Assembly (NCBI GenBank): GCA_963831915.1
Contig: CAWHRV010000008.1
Coordinates: 245,788 to 277,787, forward strand
Origin: an uncultured Methanobacteriaceae archaeon
Lineage (GTDB): Archaea > Methanobacteriota > Methanobacteria > Methanobacteriales > Methanobacteriaceae
DNA: 32,000 nucleotides
Direction of reading: 5' to 3'
Position numbers and translations under genes: made by a program. Of this stretch, positions 1 to 11,363 are shown piece by piece. The notes beneath the pieces are model-generated. The model had not been told where the DNA came from. It was given only the letters and a program-made list of their open reading frames with translations, and made no database searches. Numbering within the stretch: position 1 is the first letter of the stretch; each line of letters starts with the position of its first letter.

Positions 1-36
1 CTTAACCATAGCGTCGGCCATTGAAAGTTCGTGCAT
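1..36 (-). CDS. hypA: Hydrogenase nickel-insertion protein HypA, first 12 codons only (gene runs off the left edge)
   Basis: The reverse complement of 1-36 reads ATG CAC GAA CTT TCA ATG GCC GAC GCT ATG GTT AAG = MHELSMADAMVK. GAGGTGG (41-47) lies 4 nt upstream. An N-terminal MHE is the Ni-binding signature of HypA. Only 12 residues are visible. Confidence 0.55.
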   Translation of the reverse strand, partial: MHELSMADAMVK

Positions 37-244
37 TAAGCCACCTCATCATCGTAATTATTGGTTCCTATTGATATGTCCTACTATTATGGATAGCTTA
101 TTAATAAAGTTAACAAATATTGAATTAATGATTAAGTAACAAATCAGATCATAAGTCAACAGATAAATACTGGATGGAATAACTTATGTTTATGACTATT
201 AAATGTAACATTAATGATTACCAGGATTACAACAACATGAACAG

Positions 245-1120
245 GTGGTTTTTTTGATAATAGGCGGATCAGCTTCACAGAAACTTGCTGCTAAAGTTGC
301 ATGGGATTTGGGAGAAAACTTAAGCCCCATTGAAACCAGAAGATTCCCTGATGGTGAGCGTTATGTGCGAGTAAAGGGCGAAGTTCCTAAAGAAGTTATT
401 GTAATTCAATCAACAGGCTATCCTCAAGATGAAAACCTAATGGAGTTATTTCTACTCTTAAAAAATCTAAAAAGTCTTGGAGTTGAAAGAACAAGGGTTG
501 TAATACCTTACTTTGGCTATGGAAGACAAGAACGCCGATTTAAAAGTGGTGAGGCAGTTTCTGCTGTTATAATAGCTGAACTACTGGAGGCCGCAGGGGC
601 ATCAGAAATTTACTCAATTAATATGCATGAAAAGAATATAAAACAATTCTTTAACATCCCTGTCCATGAAATATCCGCCATGCCCCTTATTGCCAATTAC
701 ATAAAGGAAACTATGGATGATCCTATGATAATAGGGCCAGATAAAGGAGCATTAGGCTTTGCAGAGGAAATTTCAGGAATATTGAACTGCGAATGTGACC
801 ATCTAGAGAAAACTAGAATATCCCCTGAAAAAGTTGAAACTAAATCAAAAAATTTAGATGTAGCAGAAAGGGATGTTGTTATAATCGATGACATAATAAG
901 TACAGGAGGTACAATAGTCAATGCAACTAAAATATTGAGAAGTTTAGGAGCCAATAAGGTAGTTGTTGGATGTGTTCACCCCGTTCTTGTTGAAGATGCT
1001 CTTTTAAAAATATTTGCAGCAGGTGTTAATGATGTATTTGGTACAGATACCCTTAAATCCGATGTTAGTACATTATCAGTAGCATCTCTGGTTGCAGGTT
1101 ACTTGAAGAAGTACCAATAA
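245..1120 (+). CDS. prs: Ribose-phosphate pyrophosphokinase (PRPP synthetase)
   Basis: 291-aa ORF with a GTG start. N-terminus is IIGGSASQKLAAKVA. PRPP-binding loop is VVIIDDIISTGGT. Contains the RFPDGE and YFGYGRQERR motifs typical of Prs. Confidence 0.9.
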   Translation: MVFLIIGGSASQKLAAKVAWDLGENLSPIETRRFPDGERYVRVKGEVPKEVIVIQSTGYPQDENLMELFLLLKNLKSLGVERTRVVIPYFGYGRQERRFKSGEAVSAVIIAELLEAAGASEIYSINMHEKNIKQFFNIPVHEISAMPLIANYIKETMDDPMIIGPDKGALGFAEEISGILNCECDHLEKTRISPEKVETKSKNLDVAERDVVIIDDIISTGGTIVNATKILRSLGANKVVVGCVHPVLVEDALLKIFAAGVNDVFGTDTLKSDVSTLSVASLVAGYLKKYQ

Positions 1121-1123
1121 ACC

Positions 1124-1132
1124 TTCTTTTTT
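1124..1132 (+). terminator. Oligo-T tract just after the prs stop
   Basis: TTCTTTTTT starts 4 nt after the TAA. Archaeal RNA polymerase terminates at oligo-T tracts. Confidence 0.4.
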
Positions 1133-1269
1133 CAATTTATACTAAATTTGAATATTTGAAACATCTAATTAAGTAACTTGAAATTTTAGCCTTAAAAATA
1201 GTTATTTTTGAACCATCTTATTGTTATTTTAAATAAAAGAAAAAAAATGAAAGTTTAATCTAAATTCTC

Positions 1270-1854
1270 TCAAACCTTTAACATAGGATATTTAATCAGC
1301 TGACGTGGACGATTATCTGTACTGCATATTCCCCCAGATCCATCTGAAGGTGTTTGGCCACCATGTGTAACCTTCTTAATATCTTCCTTCTGTTCGGCTG
1401 TGAAATCTCCGAAATAAATTTCATTTCCATCTATTTTAATGACATCGTATTCAATAGGACATGTTTCAATGGACGGAACCAGTATACACCCCTTAGAACT
1501 TACATCGTGTTCCAAATCCAATATCCACTCTGCATCGAATGGACTGGTTTCGTTTAACATGTCTACCAATGAACGCTGGTGGGCTGTCACGTACCTAGAT
1601 CTGTTATGGAAGTCAACTGATACGGCTCCAGGCAGATCTCTTGATTCTTCACCTAATATGAAGTTTCCCTTAGCATGAATCGTGAAAAACGGTGTTTTTC
1701 CCTCTTCATCCAAGAAAGCTCTTATAAAAATATCCCAATTATCATCAATAAAGACAGCTTCCCTTTTTATGAACATAAAACTTCCATCAGGATTTTCAAT
1801 TGTTTCAATTGTTGGACTTTGCCAATTTCCTTTCAAATCTTCTCTTATCAACAT
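1270..1854 (-). CDS. Hypothetical soluble protein, 194 aa, no family recognised
   Basis: It is the only long ORF in this interval. A GAGGT Shine-Dalgarno lies 6 nt upstream of the ATG (reverse complement of 1861-1865). No TM or signal segment. The C-terminal tail is Gly/Ser-rich. Confidence 0.6.
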   Translation of the reverse strand: MLIREDLKGNWQSPTIETIENPDGSFMFIKREAVFIDDNWDIFIRAFLDEEGKTPFFTIHAKGNFILGEESRDLPGAVSVDFHNRSRYVTAHQRSLVDMLNETSPFDAEWILDLEHDVSSKGCILVPSIETCPIEYDVIKIDGNEIYFGDFTAEQKEDIKKVTHGGQTPSDGSGGICSTDNRPRQLIKYPMLKV

Positions 1855-1992
1855 ATCAACTGACCTCTTCTTGTGTAATATTAACCAATATATGGATATT
1901 AAATTTTTTAGAATGCTATTTGGTGAAATGGACCAGAATAGGGTATATGAATGAGAATATTAAAAAAAATAAAAAAAATCAGGAGTTAATAT

Positions 1993-3576
1993 CTAGCTCC
2001 TTTTATTGGCAGGTTCCATATTAACTGATCTGCCCTTGATTTTTGCTCCACGCATGGTGGAGATTACTTCGCCTGCGTTGCTTTCAGGTACTTCCACGAA
2101 GGAAAACTTGTCAAAGACATCTATTTTTCCTATGGATGAACTTGAAAGTCCAGTTCTATCTGCTATAGCTTTTATAATGTCTCTCGCTTTGGCTTTATCT
2201 TTTCTTCCGATATTGATAAAGAATCTGACCTGTCCCGGACCAGCACCTGTGTCACCGAATTCTTCTGTATTTTGAGGTGAATTTCCCGATTTTTCCATGA
2301 CAATCCTGAGAAGAGCAGCGGCTGTTTCAACAGAGCTGTAATCTTCCTCCATCATTTTCTCAACCATATGAACTTCTTTATCTAATTTCTCATTGTTTAT
2401 TATTCTTTTTATTTTTTCCAAGAAGTTCGTGGTTTTTATTTCCTGAACATCACTGGCAGAGGGTATCTGTTGTTGTTCAATTTTGGTTTTTGTATACCTC
2501 ATAATGTCCCTAAGCTGATAAACCTCTTTTCCAGATACAAAGGTGAATGCTATGCCTGTTTTACCAGCCCTTCCTGTTCTTCCTATCCTATGGACGTAGT
2601 ATTCATCATCATTGGGCACATCATAGTTGAAAACTGCTTCAACGTTTTCCACGTCTATTCCACGAGCAGCTACATCAGTTGCAACAAGTATCTCTATGTT
2701 ACCTGATCTGAACTTGGACATTACACTGTCCCTTTGTCTCTGGCTCATGTCGCCATGAAGACCATCTGCAGCATATCCTCTGATTTGTAGATGACTTACA
2801 AGTTTGTCAACCCTTCTTTTTGTGTTACAAAATACTAATGAAAGTTTAAAATCATTTATATCAAGAAGACGTGACAGTACATCGAGCTTCATTTTCTCCT
2901 TAACTTCGAAGTATACTTGCTCAGTTTCGGGTACTGTGAGCTCCTTTGGAACTACCTTCAAAAATTCAGGGTCATCCTGGTATCTTCGGGTTATGTACAA
3001 AATATCTGGAGACATGGTAGCTGAGAAAAGTAGTATCTGCCTCTCATCAGGTATGTAATCTAAAACAAATTCGATATCTTCCCTAAATCCCATATCAAGC
3101 ATTTCATCAGCTTCATCTAGGACTAACACCTTGACGTGTCCCATATCAATGGTTCCACGCCTCATATGATCCATTACTCTTCCAGGAGTGCCTATAATAA
3201 TCTGCACACCTTTTTTAAGGGCTTTTATCTGCCTTTCTATTGGCTGGCCACCGTATACAGGCAGAACATTTACCCTCTTCATATACTTTGAGAGTTTTTT
3301 TAGTTCCTCAGCAACCTGTATTGCTAGTTCTCTGGTTGGACAGAGTATAACTGACTGGAGATCTCTATTAGATGGGTCAACCATCTCCAGAATTGGTATT
3401 CCAAAGGCCGCTGTTTTACCTGTTCCAGTTTGAGCCTGACCTGTAACGTCTTTTCCCTCAAGGACATGTGGGATGGCAAGGGATTGAATAGGAGTGGCCT
3501 CCTCAAATCCCATGTCTTCAACGGCTTTTTGTATTTCGCTAGATATATCTAAATCTTTAAATCTAAGTTTTTCCAT
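1993..3576 (-). CDS. DEAD-box ATP-dependent RNA helicase with a DbpA/DeaD-type C-terminal RNA-binding domain
   Basis: Q-motif region GFEEATPIQ. Motif I AQTGTGKT. Motif II VLDEADEM. Motif III SAT. Motif VI HRIGRTGRAG. The C-terminus (RFFINIGRKD...FSFVEV) resembles the DbpA RNA-binding domain. Confidence 0.92.
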   Translation of the reverse strand: MEKLRFKDLDISSEIQKAVEDMGFEEATPIQSLAIPHVLEGKDVTGQAQTGTGKTAAFGIPILEMVDPSNRDLQSVILCPTRELAIQVAEELKKLSKYMKRVNVLPVYGGQPIERQIKALKKGVQIIIGTPGRVMDHMRRGTIDMGHVKVLVLDEADEMLDMGFREDIEFVLDYIPDERQILLFSATMSPDILYITRRYQDDPEFLKVVPKELTVPETEQVYFEVKEKMKLDVLSRLLDINDFKLSLVFCNTKRRVDKLVSHLQIRGYAADGLHGDMSQRQRDSVMSKFRSGNIEILVATDVAARGIDVENVEAVFNYDVPNDDEYYVHRIGRTGRAGKTGIAFTFVSGKEVYQLRDIMRYTKTKIEQQQIPSASDVQEIKTTNFLEKIKRIINNEKLDKEVHMVEKMMEEDYSSVETAAALLRIVMEKSGNSPQNTEEFGDTGAGPGQVRFFINIGRKDKAKARDIIKAIADRTGLSSSSIGKIDVFDKFSFVEVPESNAGEVISTMRGAKIKGRSVNMEPANKRS

Positions 3577-3845
3577 TTTATCTTCCTTTTAGCTTCCCGA
3601 AAATTTCAATAAAAAAATAGAATAGGTTTTTTTATATGTCAAAAGTTAATCGTTCGAGTAATTTAAAATCTTTGAAATCAAAAATCAGTACCTACTAAAT
3701 TAATTGAAATCCAGGAACACATTTTATTTATTTATTTAATAAATTAATTCTATTGTAAAATATTGGTCATCCCCACTTATAATACTATGTAAAATCGTCC
3801 CAATTAAGAAATATAAAATTTTAGGATATTTCTCTTGTGATATTT

Positions 3846-3881
3846 AAAAAAAAATAAAAATTCGAAAGGAAAACTCCTTTC
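3846..3881 (-). terminator. Hairpin plus T-run downstream of lonB
   Basis: On the minus strand, 22 nt after the lon stop, GAAAGG (reverse complement of 3876-3881) pairs with CCTTTC (reverse complement of 3864-3869) across a 6-nt loop. A T-rich run TTTTTATTTTTTTTT follows (plus-strand A-run 3846-3860). Confidence 0.55.
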
Positions 3882-3903
3882 TTATTTACCAATTTAGGTT
3901 AGA

Positions 3904-5820
3904 TTAATGAGTTGCTGGTTTGTGTGGCTTCTGTAAAATTCCCTTTGGTACTATGTCGGTGATTTTCTTCATCTTTTCAATTAGACCTTCTTTCCCATTT
4001 CCTATAAGTGCATGTTCAAGAACATCACTCATATTTTCAACGGGAATGACCTCAATTTTGTTTTTGTACCTTTCCTCAATCAGAACATCATCCATGTTAG
4101 AGGCAGGGATTAAAACCTTTTTCATTCCTGCTTCTGCAGCGGCTTCAATTTTACCTGTGACACCACCTACAGGCATTACATCCCCACGTACGCTTAATGA
4201 TCCCGTTAATGCGACTGATTGGTCTACTGGTACGTTTTCAAGTGCAGATACTACTGCTGTGGCAATTGATACACTTGCACTGTCCCCTTCTACACCATCA
4301 TATGCTTGGAGGAACTGAATATGTATATCATGGTTGGATATATCTGTGCCGGTGTTCTTTTTAACAAGTGCACTGACATTTTGAACTGCTTCTTTGGCTA
4401 TATCTCCAAGTTTACCCGTAGCTATTATCTTACCTTCATCTTTACTCTGTGCTGGAGCTGCCTCTGCTGCTATCGGCAGTAAAATACCACTTCTGTCACC
4501 GATTATCGCAAGACCATTCACCCTTCCGACTTCGCTTCCTTCAGATTTAAATACACTGTATTTCTTCCTCTGTACAATATATCTATCTGCAATCTGCTGT
4601 TCCAAGGTTCTTGCAAGTTTTTTTGCACTTATTACATGCGCAACTGTTACACTATCTGCTCCTTCACCCTTGGCTATGTCTCCAGCAGCCCTAACTAGAC
4701 CACCGAGATCTCTTAATTTAAGGGTTAGTGTGTCTTTTTTACCGGCTCTTCTCTGTGCTTCACGGATTATTTCTGCAACAGCTTCCCTGCTGAAATGTGG
4801 TATTCTACCATCTTTTTTAACTTCTTGGGCAATGAACTGAACCAGTTTATCACGATTTTCTGGTGTGTCCTGCATGGAGTCCTTCATGAATACTTCGTAA
4901 CCATAACCCCTGATTCTCGAACGAAGTGCAATGTGCATTCCCTCAAGTACTTGTAGGTTTCCAGATGCCACTAATACAAAATCACATGGTACTTCTTGTG
5001 AACGTACCATTGCTCCACTGCTTGTTTCACTCTGACCAGTAATGGAGTATTTTTTTTCTTGCATGGCAGTTAAGAGTTCCTGTTGAGTTTTCATTTTCAT
5101 GGTACCTATTTCATCAACGTATAAAACTCCTTTATTAGAACGGTGAATCATTCCTGCTTCAACACGTTCGTGTGCAGGAGTTCCAAGTCCTCCAGACTGG
5201 TAAGGATCGTGTCTTACATCACCAAGGAGTGCTCCTGCATGAGAACCAGTAGCGTCAACAAATGGAGCCGTATTTTTACTCTCATTGTTTACCAGTAGTT
5301 TTGGTACCATAACAGAACTTCTAGGTTTCATCTGCATTAGAACAAGTAGAACTATTCCGGCAGCAATGATTGCTTCTAGATATTTTTGCAATATGAACCC
5401 AACGACCAAAATAAATCCAATAATGATCATCATGAACATATTCTTCTTCTCTTCCTGCCCCTTGGCCTTAACCTTGTAGTTCATTACAACCTTTTTACCC
5501 TCTCCCGCAGGCATTGCACCTATTAGAGGGTTGTGATTATCTTCCATATTTGGATAAACTAATATATCCTGTAGTTCTTCAGGGGGAAGAAGTTCTGCCA
5601 TACCCTTTGCTAGCATTGATTTGCCGATACCAGGTTCACCAATTAAAAGAACATTTCTTCTCTGTTTAGCGGCCTTTATTACGGTTTCAACAGCCTCTTC
5701 CTGACCTATAATCTGGTCTATTATTCTCTCAGGAACGTCTATATCTCCAGAAGATTTATAACTCCTGAAATCTAGCTTTTCTTTGAATGAAATGTTTGAA
5801 TTTGAACTTGAACTTGCCAT
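3904..5820 (-). CDS. lon: Archaeal membrane-bound Lon protease (LonB)
   Basis: Walker A GEPGIGKS. Two hydrophobic helices are inserted in the AAA+ module ([17 protein letters not shown]...[12 protein letters not shown]), the LonB hallmark. The C-terminal protease domain has GDSAS (catalytic Ser) and [11 protein letters not shown] (Lys). AGGAGG lies upstream of the ATG. Confidence 0.93.
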   Translation of the reverse strand: MASSSSNSNISFKEKLDFRSYKSSGDIDVPERIIDQIIGQEEAVETVIKAAKQRRNVLLIGEPGIGKSMLAKGMAELLPPEELQDILVYPNMEDNHNPLIGAMPAGEGKKVVMNYKVKAKGQEEKKNMFMMIIIGFILVVGFILQKYLEAIIAAGIVLLVLMQMKPRSSVMVPKLLVNNESKNTAPFVDATGSHAGALLGDVRHDPYQSGGLGTPAHERVEAGMIHRSNKGVLYVDEIGTMKMKTQQELLTAMQEKKYSITGQSETSSGAMVRSQEVPCDFVLVASGNLQVLEGMHIALRSRIRGYGYEVFMKDSMQDTPENRDKLVQFIAQEVKKDGRIPHFSREAVAEIIREAQRRAGKKDTLTLKLRDLGGLVRAAGDIAKGEGADSVTVAHVISAKKLARTLEQQIADRYIVQRKKYSVFKSEGSEVGRVNGLAIIGDRSGILLPIAAEAAPAQSKDEGKIIATGKLGDIAKEAVQNVSALVKKNTGTDISNHDIHIQFLQAYDGVEGDSASVSIATAVVSALENVPVDQSVALTGSLSVRGDVMPVGGVTGKIEAAAEAGMKKVLIPASNMDDVLIEERYKNKIEVIPVENMSDVLEHALIGNGKEGLIEKMKKITDIVPKGILQKPHKPATH

Positions 5821-6318
5821 AATCGATGACAGCCTCCTGAATTTTGCCTAACAAAAATCAACGTGTTTTCTAAGTTATATTGTTGATATTTATATACGAT
5901 CTTGTATATTAGATTTGTCTTTTGAAATTTCAAGTATGGATCGTCCTACAATTTATACTTTTTTTATACTCGGTTTAGTTTACATTTTGATTAATATTAA
6001 TTTTTTTTTATTTTAGTAACTTAAGGTATATAAAAGCATGGGTTGTGTTGAAAAATAATTTATTTGAGTATAAGTTTTTAATATGTTAACTTACATCCTT
6101 AAGAAACAAAAAACAAAAAAAATCACTTTTCAAGAGTTATAAAATATAATAACGCTCATATACCCATTAAAATTAGTTATATTAGGTTATAGCCTAACGA
6201 TTAAATATTATTTATCAAGTCAAATACCCAGTATACTAATACATTTAAAAATTAGAATGATTCCATGTAGTATGTAATCATACTCTCTAACCAAAATTAA
6301 TTATTGGAGGCTTAACAT

Positions 6319-7860
6319 TTGCATTCCGAAAATAAAAAAACATGTATTATGGTACAGGGAACCTCTTCAAACGCTGGAAAAAGTGTAGTGGTTGCTGCAC
6401 TGTGTAGAATATTCGCTAAAAGAGGTTACAGAGTCGCACCCTTTAAATCACAAAACATGTCCCTTAACTCTTACACAACGAAAGAAAACGCTGAGATAGC
6501 AATGGCTCAGGTACTTCAAGCAGAAGCTGCAGGAGTTGAACCTTCATACAATATGAATCCCATACTCCTCAAACCCAAAGAAGACTTCATATCCCAAGTT
6601 ATTGTCCATGGGAAGCCCGCAGGGGATATGAACTTTTATTATTACCAAAACAACTTCAGAAATGAGGCACTTGAGGCGATTCAAAGCTCTCTTGAATCTT
6701 TAAAGCAAGATTATGATATTATTGTGATCGAAGGGGCCGGTTCACCAGCGGAAATAAACATGCTCGACAAGGATCTTGCCAATATGCAGATAGCCCGGAT
6801 GGCTGATGCCGATGTAATATTAGTTGCAGATATTGATCGCGGAGGGGTTTTTGCTTCAATTGCAGGTACTTTTTCACTCCTTCCCGAGATAGACAGAAAC
6901 AGGATTAAAGGAATAATAATCAACAAGTTCCGTGGAAACTTGGACATATTAATGCCAGGAATACGTCAAATTGAGGATATTGTTGGAGTTCCAGTTTTGG
7001 GAGTTTTACCCTATGATGACAGCCTCAAACTTCCTGAAGAAGATTCTGCTTCCTTATCAGAACACAGTTATAGGACAGATGGCCGTATAAAAATCGGTGT
7101 GATGCGTCTTCCAAGGATCTCCAACTTTACTGACATAGACCCCCTTGAATACGAACCCGATGTTTCGATAAAGTTAATTGAGATGGGTGATGAAATTGGG
7201 GATGTGGATGCATTGATAATCCCTGGAACTAGAAATAGTATAAGTGACCTTATGGCCTTGAGGAAATCAAAACATGCCGAGGATATTATCCGAAAAGCTA
7301 AGGAAATACCCATTTTTGGAATTTGTGGAGGATATCAAATATTGGGGACTAAAATCATAGACCAAAATTTTCAAGAATCTAAATACGGTAGTGTTGATGG
7401 TTTAGGACTCCTTAAAATTACAACCCGATTTGGTGTAGTGGACAAAATAGTTACTCAAAGCAGGGGCAAAATTCAGGGTCATGGTATTTTTGATGGTTTA
7501 AATGAAGATATTATATCCGGTTACGAACTTCATGAGGGTGTTAGTTATCTGGAAGATTCAGAACCTTTTTTGAAAGTTGTTGAAGGATGCGGTAACAACT
7601 GTGATTCTGGTTTCGACGGTGCTGTAAATGGAATGACTGCAGGAACATACTTTCACGGAATATTTCACAATTTTCACTTCAGAAGATTCTTCACTAATTA
7701 TTTAAGAAGTTCGAAAGGTATTAAGAACTTAGGATATGTTAATGATGATTTTGAAGAAATGAAGAGGTTCTCTATTGATAGACTAGCGGAAATATTTGTT
7801 GAAAATATTGATATGGATCTTTTCAATGCAAAAGTAGGCGGAAATAAGTATTTACTATAA
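6319..7860 (+). CDS. cobQ: Cobyric acid synthase (CobQ/CbiP)
   Basis: N-terminal MVQGTSSNAGKS P-loop. C-terminal glutamine amidotransferase domain with FGICGGYQILG and YFHGIF. GGAGG (6306-6310) lies 8 nt before the TTG at 6319. ATG at 6349 is the alternative start. Confidence 0.9.
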   Translation: MHSENKKTCIMVQGTSSNAGKSVVVAALCRIFAKRGYRVAPFKSQNMSLNSYTTKENAEIAMAQVLQAEAAGVEPSYNMNPILLKPKEDFISQVIVHGKPAGDMNFYYYQNNFRNEALEAIQSSLESLKQDYDIIVIEGAGSPAEINMLDKDLANMQIARMADADVILVADIDRGGVFASIAGTFSLLPEIDRNRIKGIIINKFRGNLDILMPGIRQIEDIVGVPVLGVLPYDDSLKLPEEDSASLSEHSYRTDGRIKIGVMRLPRISNFTDIDPLEYEPDVSIKLIEMGDEIGDVDALIIPGTRNSISDLMALRKSKHAEDIIRKAKEIPIFGICGGYQILGTKIIDQNFQESKYGSVDGLGLLKITTRFGVVDKIVTQSRGKIQGHGIFDGLNEDIISGYELHEGVSYLEDSEPFLKVVEGCGNNCDSGFDGAVNGMTAGTYFHGIFHNFHFRRFFTNYLRSSKGIKNLGYVNDDFEEMKRFSIDRLAEIFVENIDMDLFNAKVGGNKYLL

Positions 7861-7870
7861 ATTTATCATG

Positions 7871-8521
7871 TTACTTGGTGAATTTCTTAGTGACTGCCTT
7901 GATTGCATGAGTTTTTGCTAGAATAGAGATCCTATCACCTTTTTTAAGCATCATACCGTCTTTTGGGATTTTTATTTCACCATTTTTATGTATAGCTGCT
8001 ATTATATAATCGTCGGTTGGGCTTAAGTCACCAATTTTTTTCCCAAAAACCTTAGAGTTGGCAACACTGAGATCAAGCAGCTCTGCATTTCCCCTACCAA
8101 TCACTATTAGATCTGCGATCTTAGGTCGGGTTATTAATTTTTCTAAATAGCCTGCTGCAGTCAATTCCGGACTAACAACTATATCTATTCCAACTTTTCT
8201 AAAAGCATCATCATGATCCGGGTTACTTACCCTTGCAATTACTTTGGAAATATTATAATCCTTAACCAGAATACATGAAAGGAGATTTGCCTCATCATTA
8301 CCCGTAGCCGCGACAAATACATCAGCATCACCAATATTGGCCTCTAAAAGTGTTTTAATATCAGTGCCATTCCCACAAATTACAAGTGCATCGAGTTCAC
8401 CAGCAGCGTTGCTGCACAAACTTGAATCATTTTCAATGAGGGTAACATCATGACCTACAGCAACTAATGAAGAAGCTAATGTTAATCCTACCCTTCCACC
8501 ACCCATTATAACTATGTACAT
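7871..8521 (-). CDS. trkA: TrkA-type K+ transport regulatory protein (TrkA-N Rossmann plus TrkA-C)
   Basis: N-terminal dinucleotide fold [16 protein letters not shown]. The C-terminal half has the TrkA-C pattern (DLSV...KKIGDL...[13 protein letters not shown]...[11 protein letters not shown]). Confidence 0.85.
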   Translation of the reverse strand: MYIVIMGGGRVGLTLASSLVAVGHDVTLIENDSSLCSNAAGELDALVICGNGTDIKTLLEANIGDADVFVAATGNDEANLLSCILVKDYNISKVIARVSNPDHDDAFRKVGIDIVVSPELTAAGYLEKLITRPKIADLIVIGRGNAELLDLSVANSKVFGKKIGDLSPTDDYIIAAIHKNGEIKIPKDGMMLKKGDRISILAKTHAIKAVTKKFTK

Positions 8522-8808
8522 GAAGTTTCACCAAATTTTTTGAATTAACTTAAAATACTGATCAGATTTTAAAATCATAATATAATGCTTAACGAATTAA
8601 TTATTCAAATTTCTCTACAAATCTTTGAACATGTTTACTTATAAGTCTTAGTATTTATCAAATATTGATTTTAATGTAATTTAGAGATTATATAAAGCAT
8701 CAATTTATTAATTAATTGTTATTAGTTCTCAAAAAAAATAAAATAATGCAGTATCTGGAGCAAGTTAAGTTATTCTCCTTCACTGCAATCTTATCACATC
8801 ATATGGTA

Positions 8809-10128
8809 CTATCCTAAAAATGGTTTTGCAATTGTCAGGAGAACAATTATTGTCAAGACAATTCCTATTACAACCATTGGAATTCCTGCCTTCAGTATCT
8901 CCTTTATCTTGACGTAACCTGTTCCATATGCCATAGCAACTGTTGGATCTGCCATTGGGAACATGAAAGACAATGAACATGCTATTGCTACAGGAACTGC
9001 ATAAATTCCAATTGGTTGACCTTGTGCAGCAGCCAGAGTTACAGATAAAGGCACTAATATGGCTGATAATGCTATGTTAGACATCACTTGCGTGATTAAA
9101 ACTGCTATTACCATCAATAGAAGCATTATCCCTAATGTAGAAACATTACTGCCCATCATATTTATTAAGTCCTGTATGAGCCATGCTGCAGCACCTGTAT
9201 TTAATAGTGCAGCTCCAAGGGATAGTGCACCTCCGAAAAATATGATTAAACCCCAATCAATGTTCTTCTGGGCATCTTTCCAGTCAATTACTCCACTAAT
9301 GAAATACAGTGCAGCACCTATAAGTGCCACTGAGTAACTGTCAATACCCGTAATTCCTGTAGTAACCCATAAAGCAATGGTAAACAATAGAATTACAAGA
9401 GTAACTTTCTCTGTTTTTGTCATTACTCCCATTTTTGAAAGGGTTGAGGTGATTGTATCTTTTCCACCAATTATCCCCTTAACTTCAGGCGGAAATATCC
9501 ATCCCAAAAGTTTCCAAGTGACAAACAACATTGCAATTGAAAGTGGAATTCCGAATATCATCCAATTTACAAACGGTAAGTGAGTGTAAGCTGCAGCCAT
9601 CAGGTTGGGGGCTGTTCCTATCTCTGTACCAAAACCGCCTGCTAGCGAACCATAGGATGCCCCTAATACCATAGCCTTAGCGAAATTACTATTACCTTTC
9701 TCAGGTTCATCCACACCCATCAAGGGTACGATCTGTTTAATAATTGGAAGTAGCATTGCAAATGCAACTACATTTTCTATCCAAGCTGAAAGAAGACCTG
9801 TTGAGAAAACTGCTGCAAAAAGACTCATACTTGGGCTTGTACCAAGTTTAGAAAGCAAATAATAAGTTAAACGTTCAGCAAGACCACTTTTACGTATAGC
9901 TTCTGCTAAAATGAAACCCCCTATCATAAGAAAGATGATTGGATTAGCAAAACCTATGACTGCATTGTTAAAACTTTCAATACCTAAAAGAGGCTGTAGG
10001 AACAATATAATCAATGATGTTACAGCCAAGTGAAGTGCTTCACTTGCCCACATTATTATTGCAAAGATTAAAAGAGCAATAGCGGCATGACCCGAATAAC
10101 TCAAACCAGGTAGTGGTATGAGCATCAC
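8809..10128 (-). CDS. Multi-pass anion/Na+ symporter-type permease (DASS/SLC13, ArsB-NhaD superfamily)
   Basis: The 439-aa ORF is hydrophobic throughout. It shows internal duplication-type motifs ([22 protein letters not shown] and [14 protein letters not shown]). The start is uncertain; see the finding on 10126-10197. Confidence 0.75.
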   Translation of the reverse strand: MMLIPLPGLSYSGHAAIALLIFAIIMWASEALHLAVTSLIILFLQPLLGIESFNNAVIGFANPIIFLMIGGFILAEAIRKSGLAERLTYYLLSKLGTSPSMSLFAAVFSTGLLSAWIENVVAFAMLLPIIKQIVPLMGVDEPEKGNSNFAKAMVLGASYGSLAGGFGTEIGTAPNLMAAAYTHLPFVNWMIFGIPLSIAMLFVTWKLLGWIFPPEVKGIIGGKDTITSTLSKMGVMTKTEKVTLVILLFTIALWVTTGITGIDSYSVALIGAALYFISGVIDWKDAQKNIDWGLIIFFGGALSLGAALLNTGAAAWLIQDLINMMGSNVSTLGIMLLLMVIAVLITQVMSNIALSAILVPLSVTLAAAQGQPIGIYAVPVAIACSLSFMFPMADPTVAMAYGTGYVKIKEILKAGIPMVVIGIVLTIIVLLTIAKPFLG

Positions 10129-10501
10129 TATAACAAATATAATTATAGCTAGAGGTAGTCCAATTTGCTTAAGATTGACATTCGTTTTTATCCCTCCAAT
10201 GTTTATAAAAATTTTTAAAATTAAATTCCATATTATTAATATTCTTAAATACCTTTTTATAATGATTTTAATATAAAGTTTTCAATTTAAAGAACATATT
10301 TAATCTTATTTGAAATATTTTCCCCTAAATTCAATTCAAATCTTTTAAAGTTAGATCATCAAAATGATCTCATCGGAAATAAGTTTCCTCTTTCCAGCTA
10401 TATAAATGTTTTTAGATGGATAAGATTTTAATTAAATATTACTCTTTGAGTTATATTAAAAAAAGAAATCGAATTTAATTAAAAAAATGTGAACCTAAAA
10501 A

Positions 10502-10509
10502 CTTATATA
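10502..10509 (+). promoter_or_regulatory. Candidate TATA box for the tRNA-Gly pair
   Basis: CTTATATA preceded by an A-rich, BRE-like AAAAA, about 45 nt upstream of the first tRNA 5' end. This predicts a leader of roughly 20 nt. Confidence 0.3.
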
Positions 10510-10551
10510 CCATAAACCCAAAACCATGGTATGTTGTCAAAAACATTCTAT

Positions 10552-10710
<159 letters not shown>

Positions 10711-10961
10711 ATATATTATTAAGGATTTAAATTTGTTTTTAAGCCACATTGAACTTTTTAATTCTATTTTACGTCATATATCAAATTAAAATAAAAATAT
10801 TTTCTCTATATAATATTACCATTCATTATTCTAATAAATTCAAAAAAATATGTGAAATTGAATTGAATGTAGCCAATAATTATACAATAACTGGATTTAC
10901 ACAAATTCCTTCTTATCTTCGTATCTACTCAATTTCAAAATATTTGAGTAAAATAAAATGA

Positions 10962-11363
10962 TTATATTGGCACCAGAAGTTCTGCTGCTACCATTCTGCA
11001 AATATCCGTTTTAGTTATAACTCCTACTGGTTTTTTATCTTCAAGAACCAAAAGACCTGAGACATCAGCACGAACCATTAAATTAGCTGCATCCTCAATC
11101 CCATTGTCTGCATCTATGGTCATTACATCTTCAGACATTATATCAGATATTTTTAGTGATGCAATTTCTTTGTTTGTGGGTCTTAAACTTCCAAGAACAC
11201 CTATAAGATCTGAATAAGACACAACACCCTTGGGATTTCCATCATTATCCAAAACAAATAATCTACGCACTCCCTCTTTATACATCTTTTCAAATGCTTC
11301 TAATGGTCGTATTTCAGGATTAACTGTGATCACACCCTGATTCATGGCTTCTTTAACTTCCAT
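10962..11363 (-). CDS. CBS-domain pair protein
   Basis: 133 aa with two CBS repeats (VITVNPEIRPLEAFEKM...RRLFVLDNDGNPKGVVSYSDL and VMTIDADNGIEDAANLM...SGLLVLEDKKPVGVITKTDI). GGAGTGGT Shine-Dalgarno lies upstream. Confidence 0.85.
   Translation of the reverse strand: MEVKEAMNQGVITVNPEIRPLEAFEKMYKEGVRRLFVLDNDGNPKGVVSYSDLIGVLGSLRPTNKEIASLKISDIMSEDVMTIDADNGIEDAANLMVRADVSGLLVLEDKKPVGVITKTDICRMVAAELLVPI

Noticed and set aside
5821-6318. 498-nt AT-rich divergent spacer upstream of cobQ: a possible cobalamin riboswitch or other structured leader
   Set aside because: I see no GC-rich paired elements or B12-box-like sequence. A near-palindrome TTAGGTTATAGCCTAA (6182-6197) is too short to interpret. 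Riboswitch control of cob genes is not established in this lineage.
7013-7040. C-box-like ATGATGA heptamers followed by CTGA, suggesting further C/D sRNAs. Other such sites include 49-56 (minus), 17150-17176 and 29557-29563.
   Set aside because: I scanned every TGATGA in the window on both strands. All except 25064-25119 lie in coding sequence or Shine-Dalgarno regions, and they lack a correctly spaced D', C', D set and a terminal stem.
8780-8980. 66-aa minus-strand ORF
   Set aside because: It overlaps the 3' end of the permease gene in another frame. No independent support.
10353-10370. Inverted repeat AGATCAT-CAAA-ATGATCT in the spacer between the permease and the tRNAs
   Set aside because: It is a real 7-bp palindrome, but it lies about 225 nt from the nearest start codon with no associated TATA box. 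This is insufficient to call a regulatory site.
10749-10961. 70-aa plus-strand ORF after the tRNA pair
   Set aside because: It has extremely AT-rich, Ile/Lys/Asn/Tyr-dominated composition, no Shine-Dalgarno and a TTG start. It most likely reflects non-coding spacer.
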